Assembly: GCF_001194135.2 (NCBI RefSeq)
Contig: NC_068998.1
Coordinates: 38,260,732 to 38,324,731, forward strand
Length of the DNA stretch: 64,000 nucleotides
Source of the DNA: Octopus bimaculoides
Lineage: Eukaryota
Direction: 5' to 3'
Part shown: positions 1-11,879 of the stretch, in pieces
Position numbering within the stretch: the first letter of the stretch is position 1
Layout: every line of letters begins with the position of its first letter
The notes under the pieces: model-generated
What the model saw: only the letters and a program-made list of their open reading frames with translations
Told to the model about the DNA's origin: nothing
Databases searched by the model: none
Position numbers and translations under genes: made by a program

Positions 1-113
1 GATGGCAGCAGCGGCAGCAGCAGTGGAGGCAGCAGTGGAGGCAGCAGCGGCAGTGGTGACAGCGCCTGTGTCGTTGTTGTTGTCGTCATCATGGCAGTGA
101 TGATGATGATGAT
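1..113. repeat. compound trinucleotide microsatellite (GCA/GTG/GAT)
   Basis: Visible triplet periodicity. Confidence 0.85.
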
Positions 114-189
114 CTTTGGGGCAGGGGTGGGAGTCAATAAAATAAATACTAGTTAAGCACTGGGGTCAATTTAATTAGCCAGCCCATTA

Positions 190-335
190 TCATCATCATC
201 ATTTGATGCCCGTTTTCCATGCTGGCATGGGTTGGACAGTTTGACTGAAAACTGGTAAGCTGGGGAGCTGCACCAGGTTCCAATCTAATTTGGCATGGCT
301 TCTACAGTTGGATGCCCTTCTTAATGCCAACCACA
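190..335 (-). mobile_element. RTE-type LINE 3' tail (family B)
   Basis: Reverse complement of GTGGTTGGCATTAAGAAGGGCATCCA...CCAACCCATGCCAGCATGGAAAA...(GAT)n. Shorter B tails also at about 10480-10525, 15860-15915, 25900-26060, 42205-42290 and 53620-53822. Confidence 0.85.
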
Positions 336-409
336 AAATTGGTACCAACACCGGTACCAATTCTGCTGGAGAACAGCAAGGCGCCAGATATCTCAGTCTT
401 TTATCATCT

Positions 410-1000
410 CCTTCGTAAGGCTCTGGGTGTCAATTGTGGAAGAGTGAGACCCAGAAAGACATGGAACAAAGTATTCAAGACAGATCTCAAGATATTGAAC
501 CTTGTGAAGGAGATGACAAAGGATCGAGATATCTGATGCTTGGCTATTCTCAAAAAGACCTGCTCACCACAGCAGAATTGATACCAGTGCTGGTGCCACA
601 TTAAAAGCACTGGTGCTGGTGCCACATTAAAAGCACTGGTGCTAATGCCACATAGAAAGCATTTAGGACACTCTGTAGGGTGATTGGTGTTAGGAAGGAT
701 ATCCAGCTGTAGAAACAGACAATGGAGCCTGGTGTGGCTCCCCAACCTTACCAATTCCTGTCAAGCCATCCAACCCATGCTAGCATGGAAAAATGATCAT
801 TAAATGATGAGGAGGATGATGATGATGACGTTAAATGGTGATGAGGATGATGATGATGATGATGATGATGACATTAAATGATGAGTATGATGAAGATGAC
901 ATTAAATGATGAAGAGGATGATGATGATGACATTAAATGATGATGATGATGATGATGACGACGACGACGACGACAACGATGATGATGATGATGATGATGT
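410..1000 (+). mobile_element. 5'-truncated RTE LINE: ORF2 C-terminus, 3' UTR and reiterated (GAT)n tail
   Basis: ORF 312-536 ends CGRVRPRKTWNKVFKTDLKILNLVKEMTKDRDI, the RTE C-terminal GRPRKTW...DR..W motif. Three 26-bp UTR repeats at 587-660. B terminus, then (GAT)n. Confidence 0.85.
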
Positions 1001-1062
1001 ACCTATGCTAGAAATAATTATTAAATTGGTACGTGATTGAGTGGGACATGAGATATGGTGAT

Positions 1063-1745
1063 CACCATCATTGTCATCATCATCATCGTTGTCATCATCA
1101 TCATCATCGTTGTCATCATCATCAATATCATCATCATTATCATCCTCCTCATCATCATCATTTAGCATCTGTTTTCCATGCTGGCATGGGGAAGATGGTT
1201 TGACTGGTGCTGCTAAGCCAGAGAGCTTGGCTTGGTTTCTATGGCTGGGTGCCCTTCCTAATGCCAACCACTCCACAAAGTGTACCGGGTGCCTTTTATG
1301 TGTCACTGGCATGGGTCCCTCTCATATGTCACTGGCACGAGTGCTTTTCATGTGCCACCAGCAGGGGTACTTTAATCGTGTGACTGGCATGGGTACCTCT
1401 CACATGTCACCATCATGAGTACCTTCTATATGTCATTAGCAAGGGTACCTTTTACATGTCACTGGCACAGGTGCCTTTTATGTGTTACCAGCAGAGGTGC
1501 CTTTTACAAGTCACTAGCATGAGTGCCTCTAATATATAACTGGCACGGGTGCCTCTCAATTGTCACTGGTACAAGGTGCCTTTCACATGTCACTGACACT
1601 GGCCACGACAACAATTTCACTTAGCTTCACATGTCTTCTCAAGCACAGCAAATTGCCAGAAGCCTCGGTCATTTGTCATCACCTCCATGAGACTCAACAT
1701 CCAATGACTATATTTCACCACATTCAGATGTTGAGTCTCACAGAG
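1063..1745 (-). mobile_element. 5'-truncated RTE LINE with a 26-bp minisatellite in its 3' UTR
   Basis: Minus frame ...MLSLMEVMTNDRGFWQFAVLEKTCEAK* (about 1617-1700). About 12 units of ATGCCAGTGACACGTAAAAGGCACCC at 1287-1603. (CAT)n tail at 1063-1160. Confidence 0.85.
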
Positions 1746-1861
1746 ACTCAACATGTGACACATTCTGTAATTCGATGTGGGATATCTATGAGCAAAAGTA
1801 GACCAAAGAATGTAGGATGAAGACAGTAGTTCAATTGTGAGATTGTCAAGCTTTACAGATA

Positions 1862-2026
1862 GGTGCAGGAGTGGCTGTGTGGTAAGTAGCTTGCTTACCA
1901 ACCACATGGTCCCGGGTTCATTCCCACTGCGTGGCACCTTGGGCAAACGTCTTCTACTATAGCCTCGGGCCGACCAAAGCCTTGTGAGTGGATTTGGTAG
2001 GCGGAAACTGAAAGAAGCCTGTCGTA

Positions 2027-2057
<31 letters not shown>
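1862..2057 (+). mobile_element. SINE A, 5' half, running into (TA)n and a gap
   Basis: GGTGCAGGAGTGGCTGTGTGGTAAG (A box)...GGGTTCATTCCC (B box)...GAAACTGAAAGAAGCC. Other 5' halves at about 3865-4022(-), 14350-14510(-), 15075-15215(-), 15698-15845(+), 20028-20155(-), 20297-20455(-), 28290-28410(-), 47030-47180(+) and 55373-55520(+). Confidence 0.9.
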
Positions 2058-2921
2058 NNNNNNNNNNNNNNNNNNNNNNNNNNNNNNNNNNNNNNNNNNN
2101 NNNNNNNNNNNNNNNNNNNNNNNNNNNNNNNNNNNNNNNNNNNNNNNNNNNNNNNNNNNNNNNNNNNNNNNNNNNNNNNNNNNNNNNNNNNNNNNNNNNN
2201 NNNNNNNNNNNNNNNNNNNNNNNNNNNNNNNNNNNNNNNNNNNNNNNNNNNNNNNNNNNNNNNNNNNNNNNNNNNNNNNNNNNNNNNNNNNNNNNNNNNN
2301 NNNNNNNNNNNNNNNNNNNNNNNNNNNNNNNNNNNNNNNNNNNNNNNNNNNNNNNNNNNNNNNNNNNNNNNNNNNNNNNNNNNNNNNNNNNNNNNNNNNN
2401 NNNNNNNNNNNNNNNNNNNNNNNNNNNNNNNNNNNNNNNNNNNNNNNNNNNNNNNNNNNNNNNNNNNNNNNNNNNNNNNNNNNNNNNNNNNNNNNNNNNN
2501 NNNNNNNNNNNNNNNNNNNNNNNNNNNNNNNNNNNNNNNNNNNNNNNNNNNNNNNNNNNNNNNNNNNNNNNNNNNNNNNNNNNNNNNNNNNNNNNNNNNN
2601 NNNNNNNNNNNNNNNNNNNNNNNNNNNNNNNNNNNNNNNNNNNNNNNNNNNNNNNNNNNNNNNNNNNNNNNNNNNNNNNNNNNNNNNNNNNNNNNNNNNN
2701 NNNNNNNNNNNNNNNNNNNNNNNNNNNNNNNNNNNNNNNNNNNNNNNNNNNNNNNNNNNNNNNNNNNNNNNNNNNNNNNNNNNNNNNNNNNNNNNNNNNN
2801 NNNNNNNNNNNNNNNNNNNNNNNNNNNNNNNNNNNNNNNNNNNNNNNNNNNNNNNNNNNNNNNNNNNNNNNNNNNNNNNNNNNNNNNNNNNNNNNNNNNN
2901 NNNNNNNNNNNNNNNNNNNNN
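2058..2921. other. assembly gap (N)
   Basis: Other gaps at 8053-8246, 9619-9628, 12742-12999, 14335-14344, 14644-14843, 15944-16377, 21771-22675, 32145-32154 and 48854-48863. Confidence 1.
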
Positions 2922-2967
2922 GGCTTTGGCTTGCAAGATTCTTTATGTGAGTTCGTGTGTTGAAGCA

Positions 2968-3047
2968 TATTTTGTTGTGTCTGGGGAGATTATGTTAAAT
3001 AATAAGGCACTAAAAGAGAATGACTCACCCCAGACACAACAGAATAT
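2968..3047. mobile_element. short internally deleted foldback MITE (family H)
   Basis: TIRs TTGTTGTGTCTGGGG / CCCCAGACACAACAG. Same termini as 13000-13253 and 16840-16980. Confidence 0.7.
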
Positions 3048-3104
3048 ATATATATGTATGTATGTATGTATATCTATGTGTGTGTGTCTGTATGTCTGTG
3101 CAAT

Positions 3105-3862
3105 GTCAGTGTGCATGTTCAACAGAGTGTAAGCATCTTGAGAGAAAGGTTGGGCATAAGAGGCATCAGATGTGGTGTGCAAGAGAGACGACTGTGCTGG
3201 TACAGTCATGTGATGCATATGGACAAGGACAGCTGTGTGAAGAAGATCCAATCTCTAACTGTGGAGGGAATCTATGGTAGAGGTAGACCCAGGGACGAAG
3301 TGGTGGAGCATTATCTTCGAACTTTGAGCCTCACAAAGTTAATGACTAGCAACCGAGACCTTTGCCGAAATGCTGTGCTTGTGAAGACCTGTCGAGCCAA
3401 ATGAAATTGCAATCATGGCCGATGCTGGTGTCATGTAACTGGCACATAAAGAACACCTTTCAAGCATTGGGCTTCACAGAGACAAAATGGCTGAGTTCCT
3501 ATTGAGCATTGGGCCACAGGAAGGCAGAGTGGCTGAATTCCTTTCAAGTGTTGGGCCTCATGGAGGCAAGGAGTGAGACCTTTGGCATTATGTCATGCTT
3601 GAGAAAAAGACCCATCAAGCCAAGCAAAATTACAGTCATGGCAAGTTACTGGTGTCATGCAAATTCCACCTGTGATGGTGGCACGTAAAAGCACCCATTA
3701 CACTCTTGGAGTGACTGGCATTAGGAAGGGCATCCAACCATAGAAACCATGCCAAATCAGATGGAGTCTGGTGCAGCCTTCCAGCTTACCAGCCCCGGTC
3801 AAACCATCCAACCTATGCTAGCATGGACAACAGACATTAAATGATGATGATGATGATGATGA
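3105..3862 (+). mobile_element. 5'-truncated RTE LINE (ORF2 C-terminus, 3' UTR, (GAT)n)
   Basis: LRERLGIRGIRCGVQERRLCWYSHVMHMDKDSCVKKIQSLTVEGIYGRGRPR...DLCRNAVLVKT matches RTE RRLRWYGHV.RM...GRGRP. B terminus at about 3700-3862. Confidence 0.9.
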
Positions 3863-4214
3863 CTGGCTTCTTTCAGTATTCATCCACCAAATCCACTCAC
3901 AAGGCTTTTGTCAGCCTGAGGCTATGGTAGAAGATATTTGCCTAAGGTACCACACAGTGAGAGTGAACCCAGAACCATGTGGTTGGGAAGCAAGCTTCTT
4001 ACCACACTGCCATGCCAGCATCTATGTTAAATAAAATTAACAATATTATTTGCCTGGTGAAATTAAATTCTTTGTTACTGTGAAAAAAAATCAACTCAAG
4101 TAAATGTAATTATTTGAATTAATTTTCAATAAAAAGGTGATTCAGTTAAATAAAACTAAACAGGAAGAAATGCAAGCTGTTGAGTGGAATATTTCATTGA
4201 ATTGAAACTGGTGG

Positions 4215-4300
4215 AAAGAAAGAGAGAGAGGGGGGGAGAAAGAGAGAGAGAAAGAGAGAGAGAAGGAGAGAGAGAGAGAAAGAGAAAGAGAGAGAGAGAA

Positions 4301-4350
<50 letters not shown>
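4215..4350. repeat. (AG)n microsatellite
   Basis: Direct. Further purine tracts at 8470-8710 and 59275-59365. Confidence 0.95.
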
Positions 4351-5252
4351 GGATAAGAAAGTCAATTGAATGTGTATGTGTGTGTGTGTATGTGTGTACA
4401 TATGTATATATGTATGTCATAGCTTCCCAAAGTGGGTGATATTGCAAATGGTGGGCAAATTTGAGATTTTAATGGACAATTTAAGATTTTAGTGAGTGAT
4501 ATGAACATTTTGTGGGTGCCAATGAATTTTTAAAAATTAAGCCTACATTTACTGATATCTAGGTATGCCTAAAATAAGGATGCACTTTTATCGATATGGC
4601 GACTCACATGAGACATCTTTTTGTATTACAAAAGCGAACTTGTTTATTGATCAATTATTTATGTCGCAGTCATTAAGATGGTTGCATGCATGCTAAAAAT
4701 AGCAGCCAAATAGGCCTAGGCCTTAAATCACACTCCACAACAATTTTTTTTTTTTTTGCATAACCGTATGAAGTCCTACTTATAGAATTCAAATTCACAA
4801 AAATTTTCTGAAAACTCTGAAAAGTAAAAAAGTTATAAGAGGTTATATGTCGTGCGTAATTCTGTGGTTTCATATCAAAACACAGGTTCTATTTTCAGGT
4901 TGTTGACAAAATGTGCAATCACACACAAAATGACAGCTTTGAAATCCTGTTTCTTGACTGGGTGAAAATGATCACACTTTAAACCTCTATAACTTTTTAA
5001 AAACATTTTCTGGGAAAAGTTGAATAACACCAGCAATTTAGCTTGGAAAGGTACATTAATGTGCCAAATTAAAAAATTTTTGATAAACTTAAATTTTTGA
5101 AATGCTGGCAGCCAAACGAATTAGGTCCATATTTGCTCCAGTAAAGATGTATCATCTAATTCTGCTCTGTTGTCTTCTTCTTCTCTTTGGGAATACCATA
5201 CTGCCTTTCTGATGCCGTCTGTAGAAATTCGTTTTCACATTTTCACTTTACG

Positions 5253-5449
5253 GGTGACACATAAAAGCACCCACTACACTCTCCGAGTGGTTGGCGTTAG
5301 GAAGGGCATCCAGCTGTAGAAACTCTGCCAAATTAGATTGGAGCCTGGTGTTGCCATCCGGTTTCACCAGTCCTCAGTCAAATCGTCCAACCCATGCTAG
5401 CATGGAAAGCGGACGTTAAATGATGATGATGATGATGATGATGATGATG
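5253..5449 (+). mobile_element. family B 3' tail, young subfamily
   Basis: About 3 differences over about 145 nt from the reverse complement of 23606-23752. Confidence 0.9.
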
Positions 5450-5599
5450 CCTCCAGTCAAGAAAATTTGTTAACAGTACAGTAGTGATTATTTATCATTT
5501 GGATTTATTCTCTCTCCTCAGAACTGTCAGTTACCAATGTGCCTTCTTTGCCATTAAACATTGACCAACGAAACAATGAAACCTTCATGCTTGAAGTAT

Positions 5600-7185
5600 C
5601 ACTAAGATGCAAAGCATTCTGACAAGAAGAACAAACCATTATTATACTTTTGGCAACTGAGCTCCTCTTTCAAAAAGCAAATACAAACATTCAAAACTCT
5701 ACTCCTGGAAACTAGTAAGCTGGAGAATGACGGTTGATTGCATCGTACCACATTGCATTGCTTGTTGCTAAGTCTGTGAAGTCTCACACGATTGGAGAAA
5801 TATTACTTCGCCCATTTATCAAAGAGGTTTTGTCAACCATTATGCATGAAAAACCTGATTGCATTATGAAGAAGATCCCACTTGGTAATAACCCGATTTC
5901 TCGATGCATCGATTAAATGGCCAATGATGTCAAACGTCAGCTCATTAATCCAGCTTTCTGAATTTTCTACACAAGAGGATGAGTCAACTGTTGTGGACAA
6001 TCAATGTTTGATGATGGTATATATTCGGTATTTCAGCGAAGACCTTCAACCTTGTGAGGAAATGCTGTTCACAGTGAAATTTCCGCTTGATTCAAAAGGT
6101 GCAGCTATCTTTCTCACTCTCAAGTCTTTCCTTTTTGAACATAATATCCCACTCAGTAATATTCTTGCCTGTGCATCTGCTGAAACCCCTTCAATGATAG
6201 AAAGATGCAGAGGTTTTTCATATCTCCTAAAGCATGAAATTTCCCACCAGATACTAACTGTCCATTGCTTGGCACACCAGTGGCATTTAGTTTTTAAAAA
6301 TTTGAACAATAGATTGAATAATGCGCTACAGTTAGTTATCAAGACTGTGAACAAATTGAAGTTCAGTCCCTTGTCGGATTGAATTTTCCATCAACTCTGT
6401 CTGAGAAATGATGAGGACCATACTAAATTCTTATACCACACCAAAGTGCGGTGGCTGTCAAAAGAAAACTGTGTTTTATTCTTTGTTGAACTGTTTCATA
6501 TAATCATATCTTTTTTTAAAGATACTCCACTATCCGCTTCATTGATGGCTGCAATGTGCAATGTTTCTTTTTTTTGTGATATATTCACCAAATTAAATGA
6601 TATGAATAAGTTATTGCAAGGAAACAGAAAAACTCTCACTGACTGTAAATCATTTATCACTACCTTCATTTCAAAATTGATGTTCTATAAGACTAACATT
6701 TCAGAACATAAATTCCATCGATTTCCACAACTTGATTCTTTGAAAGATGAATTGGTTGATGAGGATTTAACTACATATCACAACTATTTACAATCATTGC
6801 ACGATAACATGGTGGAGCAATTTCAAGATGTTATTACACTGAGTATTTCAAATTGGTATAGCAATCCATTTGAGGTCAATGCAGTCGATTGCGAGGATGA
6901 TGTTCAGGAGGAATTGATAGAATTACAAAATGACAATGATGCCACAATGTGATGTCGCCGTAATGGCAAAGAAGGTTTGTGGTACCATCAGAGTATATTG
7001 AATTCCTACCCCAATCTGTGGAAACATCTGAAATTACTTTTGCTTGCCTTCCCTACCTCGTACCTGGTTGAATCTGGTTTTAACCATGTTGGAACTTTAC
7101 TTTCCCATAAAAGAATTGGACAGGATGTGACACAACGAGGAGGAGACTTGCGGCTAAAGTTTTACAAGTTTGAAACTGAATGTAT
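5600..7185 (+). pseudogene. decayed hAT (Buster/Charlie, ZBED5/SCAND3-like) transposase
   Basis: Consecutive frames give ASYHIALLVAKSVKSHTIGEILL, QEDESTV, HCLAHQWHL, VRWLSK, FPTSYLVESGF and LRLK, with in-frame stops and frameshifts. The DGA motif is degenerate (AETPSM). Confidence 0.93.
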
Positions 7186-7710
7186 CTGCACCAGCTGCAT
7201 TGCCCCCAGATATATGGTTCTCATTAGAAAGTTTTATTCTGTTTTTTTTATAATACAATCATTAATTATTTTTGCATCAGTAGTTCTGATCAATAGTTCA
7301 TTTGGGGAAAATGAAAATCAGTGCAAAAGAAAGCACAAGTTCCCAGAAATTAATCTGTCTGAAAAATATAGAGTTGGCGTTAGAAATTTATTGACACTAA
7401 TGGCAAAGCTAAACCCACACTGAGTGCTTTTCACATGGCACCAGCTCAGGCGAGGTCAGTTTTGGCATGATTTTTACGGCTAAATGTGGACTGGATGCTT
7501 TTTATGTGGCACCAGCACTGACAGGGTCCACAAGTAACTTGCAAGACAAGGAAATTTGAGATGGGGGAAGACATTGGAGGAGGGGATCTTGTGTCAGATG
7601 ATGAAAGGTTAGAAAGACAGGCAGGCAGAAACAGGTGTCTTGCTATAAAGGATGGGACATAGGAGCAATCAAAGTTGTATACACATGTGTGTGTGTGTGT
7701 GTGTGTGTAT

Positions 7711-8016
7711 GGAGGCACATGGCCAAGTGATTAGAGCAGCAGACTTGCAGTCAGGGGATCGTGGTTTGAATCTTAGACCAGGCAGTGTGTGCGTTTATGA
7801 GCAAAACACCTAAGCTCCACACAGCTCCGGCAGAAGGTAATGGCGAACTTCTTCTGACTCTTTCGCCACGACTTTCTCTCACTCTTTCCTCCTGCATCTA
7901 GCAGGTCACCTGCGACAGACTGGCGTCCCACTCAGATGGGGAACCTATATGCCAATGAAACCGGAAAACCGGCCCTTATGAGCCAGGCATGGCTCGAGAA
8001 GGAACAAACAACAACA

Positions 8017-8020
<4 letters not shown>
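7711..8020 (+). mobile_element. SINE E (tRNA-derived head, (AAC)n tail)
   Basis: GGAGGCACATGGCCAAGTGATTAGAGC...GGTTTGAATCTT head; central CACCTGCGACAGACTGGCGTCCC...GAAACCGG; AACAACAAC tail; flanked by ACATGTGTG duplications. Confidence 0.85.
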
Positions 8021-8052
<32 letters not shown>

Positions 8053-8246
8053 NNNNNNNNNNNNNNNNNNNNNNNNNNNNNNNNNNNNNNNNNNNNNNNN
8101 NNNNNNNNNNNNNNNNNNNNNNNNNNNNNNNNNNNNNNNNNNNNNNNNNNNNNNNNNNNNNNNNNNNNNNNNNNNNNNNNNNNNNNNNNNNNNNNNNNNN
8201 NNNNNNNNNNNNNNNNNNNNNNNNNNNNNNNNNNNNNNNNNNNNNN

Positions 8247-8305
<59 letters not shown>

Positions 8306-8884
8306 ATGTCTTTGTGTCTATGTTTATCCCTCCACCACTAGTATTGGTGTCTTTTGGGCAGTTTGGCAAAAGAGTTTGAGAAAGTAAGCTCCAAGCTTAG
8401 AATAAATTCCTCAGGGTGGTGCTCCATCTTGGCCACAGTCTAATGACTGAAACAAGTAAAAGCTACAAGATATGTAGAGAGAGTGAATGAAAGTGAGAGA
8501 AAGAATGAGAAAATTAGAAAGAAAGAAAGAGAGACAAGTAGAAAGAAAGAGGGTAAAAAAAAACAAAGAGAAAAGAGATAGATGAGAACAGAAGGTGACA
8601 GAGAGAGAGAGAAATAGAAAGAGAGAGAGAGAAAAAGAAAGAGAGAGAAAGAAATAGAAAGAGAGAGAGAGAGAAATAGAAAGAGAGAAATAGAAAGAGA
8701 GAATGAATCATAGAAAGGTATGAGGCTATTTTTGCCAAAGAACTGCAAAATCTCAACCAAAATTTTTATCAATATTGATTGAAATTCTTTTAATTTTTAT
8801 TGTTTTTACTCCTGCTACAATTGTTGTTGATGTTGGAGGGGGATTTACGGGCTGCTTTTTTTAAAATCTTTTTCCAAAGTTCTA

Positions 8885-9235
8885 CGTGTATGTATGTGTG
8901 TATGTGTGTGTGCATGCGTGCGTATGTGTGTGTGTGTGTGCAAGTGTATCTCTGTGCGCTTGTGCATGTTAGATGAGGTGTGGTGAGAAGGTTGTGTGCT
9001 GTTACGTTATCGTCTCAAAGCAATTTTGGTAAAAATGGCTTTGGATAACTATTATTGTTGAACATAAATTCCATTGAGTTTCTCTTTTTCTTTCTTTGTT
9101 TTACAAACATATGTAATAAACATACACACATACACACACATATGCACATACATATACACAGAAGCATATACATATATATATATATTTGTATTATGTGTGT
9201 AATATATATATATATATATGTGTATTATATGTGTA

Positions 9236-9271
<36 letters not shown>

Positions 9272-9276
9272 ATGTA

Positions 9277-9336
<60 letters not shown>

Positions 9337-10100
9337 TGTATGTATGTATGTATGTATGTATGTATATACATGTATACACACGTGAAACAAGCATGCACCT
9401 ATCACACAAGCACACACAAAGGAACATTCTTGCAAGCATTTACACACACACATATATAAACATATACACTCAAAATTCTGCATGTGTACATATACTTGCG
9501 CATACTCATGTAAAGACTAATACATACATATATGCACATATGTATGTATATACATATGTGTGCATGTATGTATATGTATATATATATATGTATATACATG
9601 TATATATATATATATATANNNNNNNNNNACACAACTACTAAACAACATTGACAACAACAACAGTATTAACAACAACAACAGTATTAACAACAGCAGCAGC
9701 GGCAACAACAACAACAAGTCTCCTGTACAGAGATTGGAGAAAATCTTGTTATCGCCATGTTATCGGTAATTTAGCAAAAGCTGAAAACTATAAAAGTCAG
9801 GGAGAAAATATAATATTTATTGCAAGATAACAAATATGGACAGCAATAGGAGGAGATGCTGGATATGGCACTGTGGGATAAACCTGGATATTTTCATTGA
9901 AACACTTCAATACAACAGAATATACCAGTACACACGCACACACATATACATAAATATATATATGCATGTATATGTATATGTATGTATAAACACATACACA
10001 CACACATATATATACATACATATATATGTGTGTATATATATATATATTTATATATACGTATATATGTGTGTATATGTATGTATGTGTATGTATATACATA
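8885..10100. repeat. compound (TA)/(TG)/(CA)/(TATG) microsatellite field
   Basis: Direct. Similar fields at 8020-8305, 17030-17240, 22676-23030 and 48950-49095. Confidence 0.9.
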
Positions 10101-10103
10101 TAG

Positions 10104-11220
10104 ATAGTGGTGGGCATGGCTAACCAAAAAGTTAGCTTCACTAACCGCTAATCCACTAACTATGAATGTTAGCTTCACAAACACTAAACTGCTAAACAAG
10201 TAAAAAATTAGAGGAAGCTAACGATGATAACCACTAACTTTTATTACATGAATTTAGTTTCGGTTTGGTTTTTTTTTTTGGCTCTGAAATCCCTAAAAAC
10301 AGACCTAGAAAGCTCAAATGTTCATGTTGTAGCTTAGACATACAGCTTTTCAAAATGGTATAGCATTCCAAGATCAGATGATGATCAAGGTGTACACAAA
10401 TAATTACATTAACAAATGAAATTAAACATTAGTTTTTCAGGCAACATAGACTTTATTCATTATACAAAAAGTATTAATCATCATTCATCATCATCATTTA
10501 ATGTCCATTTTCCATGCTGGCATGAATCAAAAAGGTATAGTATAGCATAAGTATCATGCCAAGATCAGATGATGATCAAGGTGTACTACTCTAGCTTGGG
10601 CCTTCTCCTTCGCCTCGATGTGATGCTGGTTGCCCTTCACAAACATCAGCTTCTCAAAGGTACCATCTGACAGGCTGGCTCTCTTGATCCTCAAAATATC
10701 TTTTTCTATAGAGAATAGATGCTCGGTTGCAGCACTGGATGGGATGGTGGTGTTATACTTCATGAACACTGGAGGCGCAATGGCCCAGTGGTTAGGGCAG
10801 CGGACTCGCGGTCATAGGTTCGCGGTTTCAATTCCCAGACCAAGCGTTGTGAGTGTTTATTGAGCGAAAACACCTAAAGCTCCACGAGGCTCCGGCAGGG
10901 GATGGTGGCGAACCCTGCTGTACTCTTTCACCACAACTTTCTCTCACTCTTACTTCCTGTTTCTGTTGTGCCTGTAATTCAAAGGGGCCAGCCTTGTCAC
11001 ACTGTGTCATGCTGAATATCCCCCAAGAACTATGTTAGGGGTACACGTGTCTGTGGAGTGCTCAGCCACTTGCACGTTAATTTCACGAGCAGGCTGTTCC
11101 GTTGATTGGATCGACTGGAACCCTTGACATCGTAAGTGACGGAGTGCCAACAACAACAACTTCATGAACAGGTTGATCAAGACCTGCTCCCTAAAAAAGG
11201 TGACTTTAGTCACTTCTCTT
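10104..11220 (-). mobile_element. hAT transposon 3' end (dimerisation-domain remnant and terminal region), interrupted by SINE F
   Basis: Removing SINE F restores LINLFMK|YNTTIPSSAATEHLFSIEKDILRIKRASLSDGTFEKLMFVKGN (hAT C-terminal dimerisation motif). Terminus TAGTGGTGGGC with subterminal GCTAAC-like repeats at 10104-10250. Confidence 0.85.
10769..11158 (+). mobile_element. SINE F, full length, 12-bp TSD
   Basis: GGAGGCGCAATGGCCCAGTGGTTAGGGC head and (AAC)n tail. TSD ACTTCATGAACA at 10757-10768 and 11159-11170. Confidence 0.93.
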
Positions 11221-11705
11221 CTTTTTTGTTTGTTCAGTATTGGATGAATTACCACCAGGAGCTAAACAAAACCCCCAACAAATTCAGACCAACAAATTGC
11301 AAAGAACAGATATATTTTGATTTTATTAGAGTTCCTCAGCAAATTAAATTCTGCTTTAAAAACCAGATCCACTCTGATGTACATCATCTTATATTGTCCA
11401 AAATTATTCAATCAACTGATTTTGTTGGAGTTATTTCCCTTGCTTCATTTTTGTTTTGTTTTTGTTTTTTGTTTTTGTTTTGTGAGATTTTGGACACAAC
11501 TGAAGGTATTTTTCATCTGCTTAATACTTCAGTTGCTTAAAGATTTTCAACTCACTATATTACGTTTGTAAGAGTACAGCCCTGTCATATCTTTATATAA
11601 AATGACAGATTACTTCCCTAGAGTATTTTCTCTTCAGCCATACTGTTGATATATGTTGATATATGTTGTTATATATATGTGTGTGTGTGTGTCTGTGTGT
11701 CTGTG

Positions 11706-11761
<56 letters not shown>

Positions 11762-11879
11762 ACAGAAGTAAATAGACACCCCATAAAACATTGTTTTATG
11801 TTTATTCTATCTTGTAAAGGTTTATATTTTTTATTAATTGACATTTTTATGTCTCAAGTTCTATATGTGATTGTTTAAT

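Noticed and set aside
4560-5135. Probable DNA-transposon fragment
   Set aside because: No matching terminal inverted repeats or coding motif found.
10769-10850. tRNA-like sequences (also the heads of SINEs A, E, G, J, K1 and K2)
   Set aside because: Each continues into a SINE body or tail and lacks a clean cloverleaf, so none is called a tRNA gene.
11238-11540. Acceptor-like site and open frame in unique sequence on the plus strand
   Set aside because: No convincing donor, partner exon or recognisable peptide.
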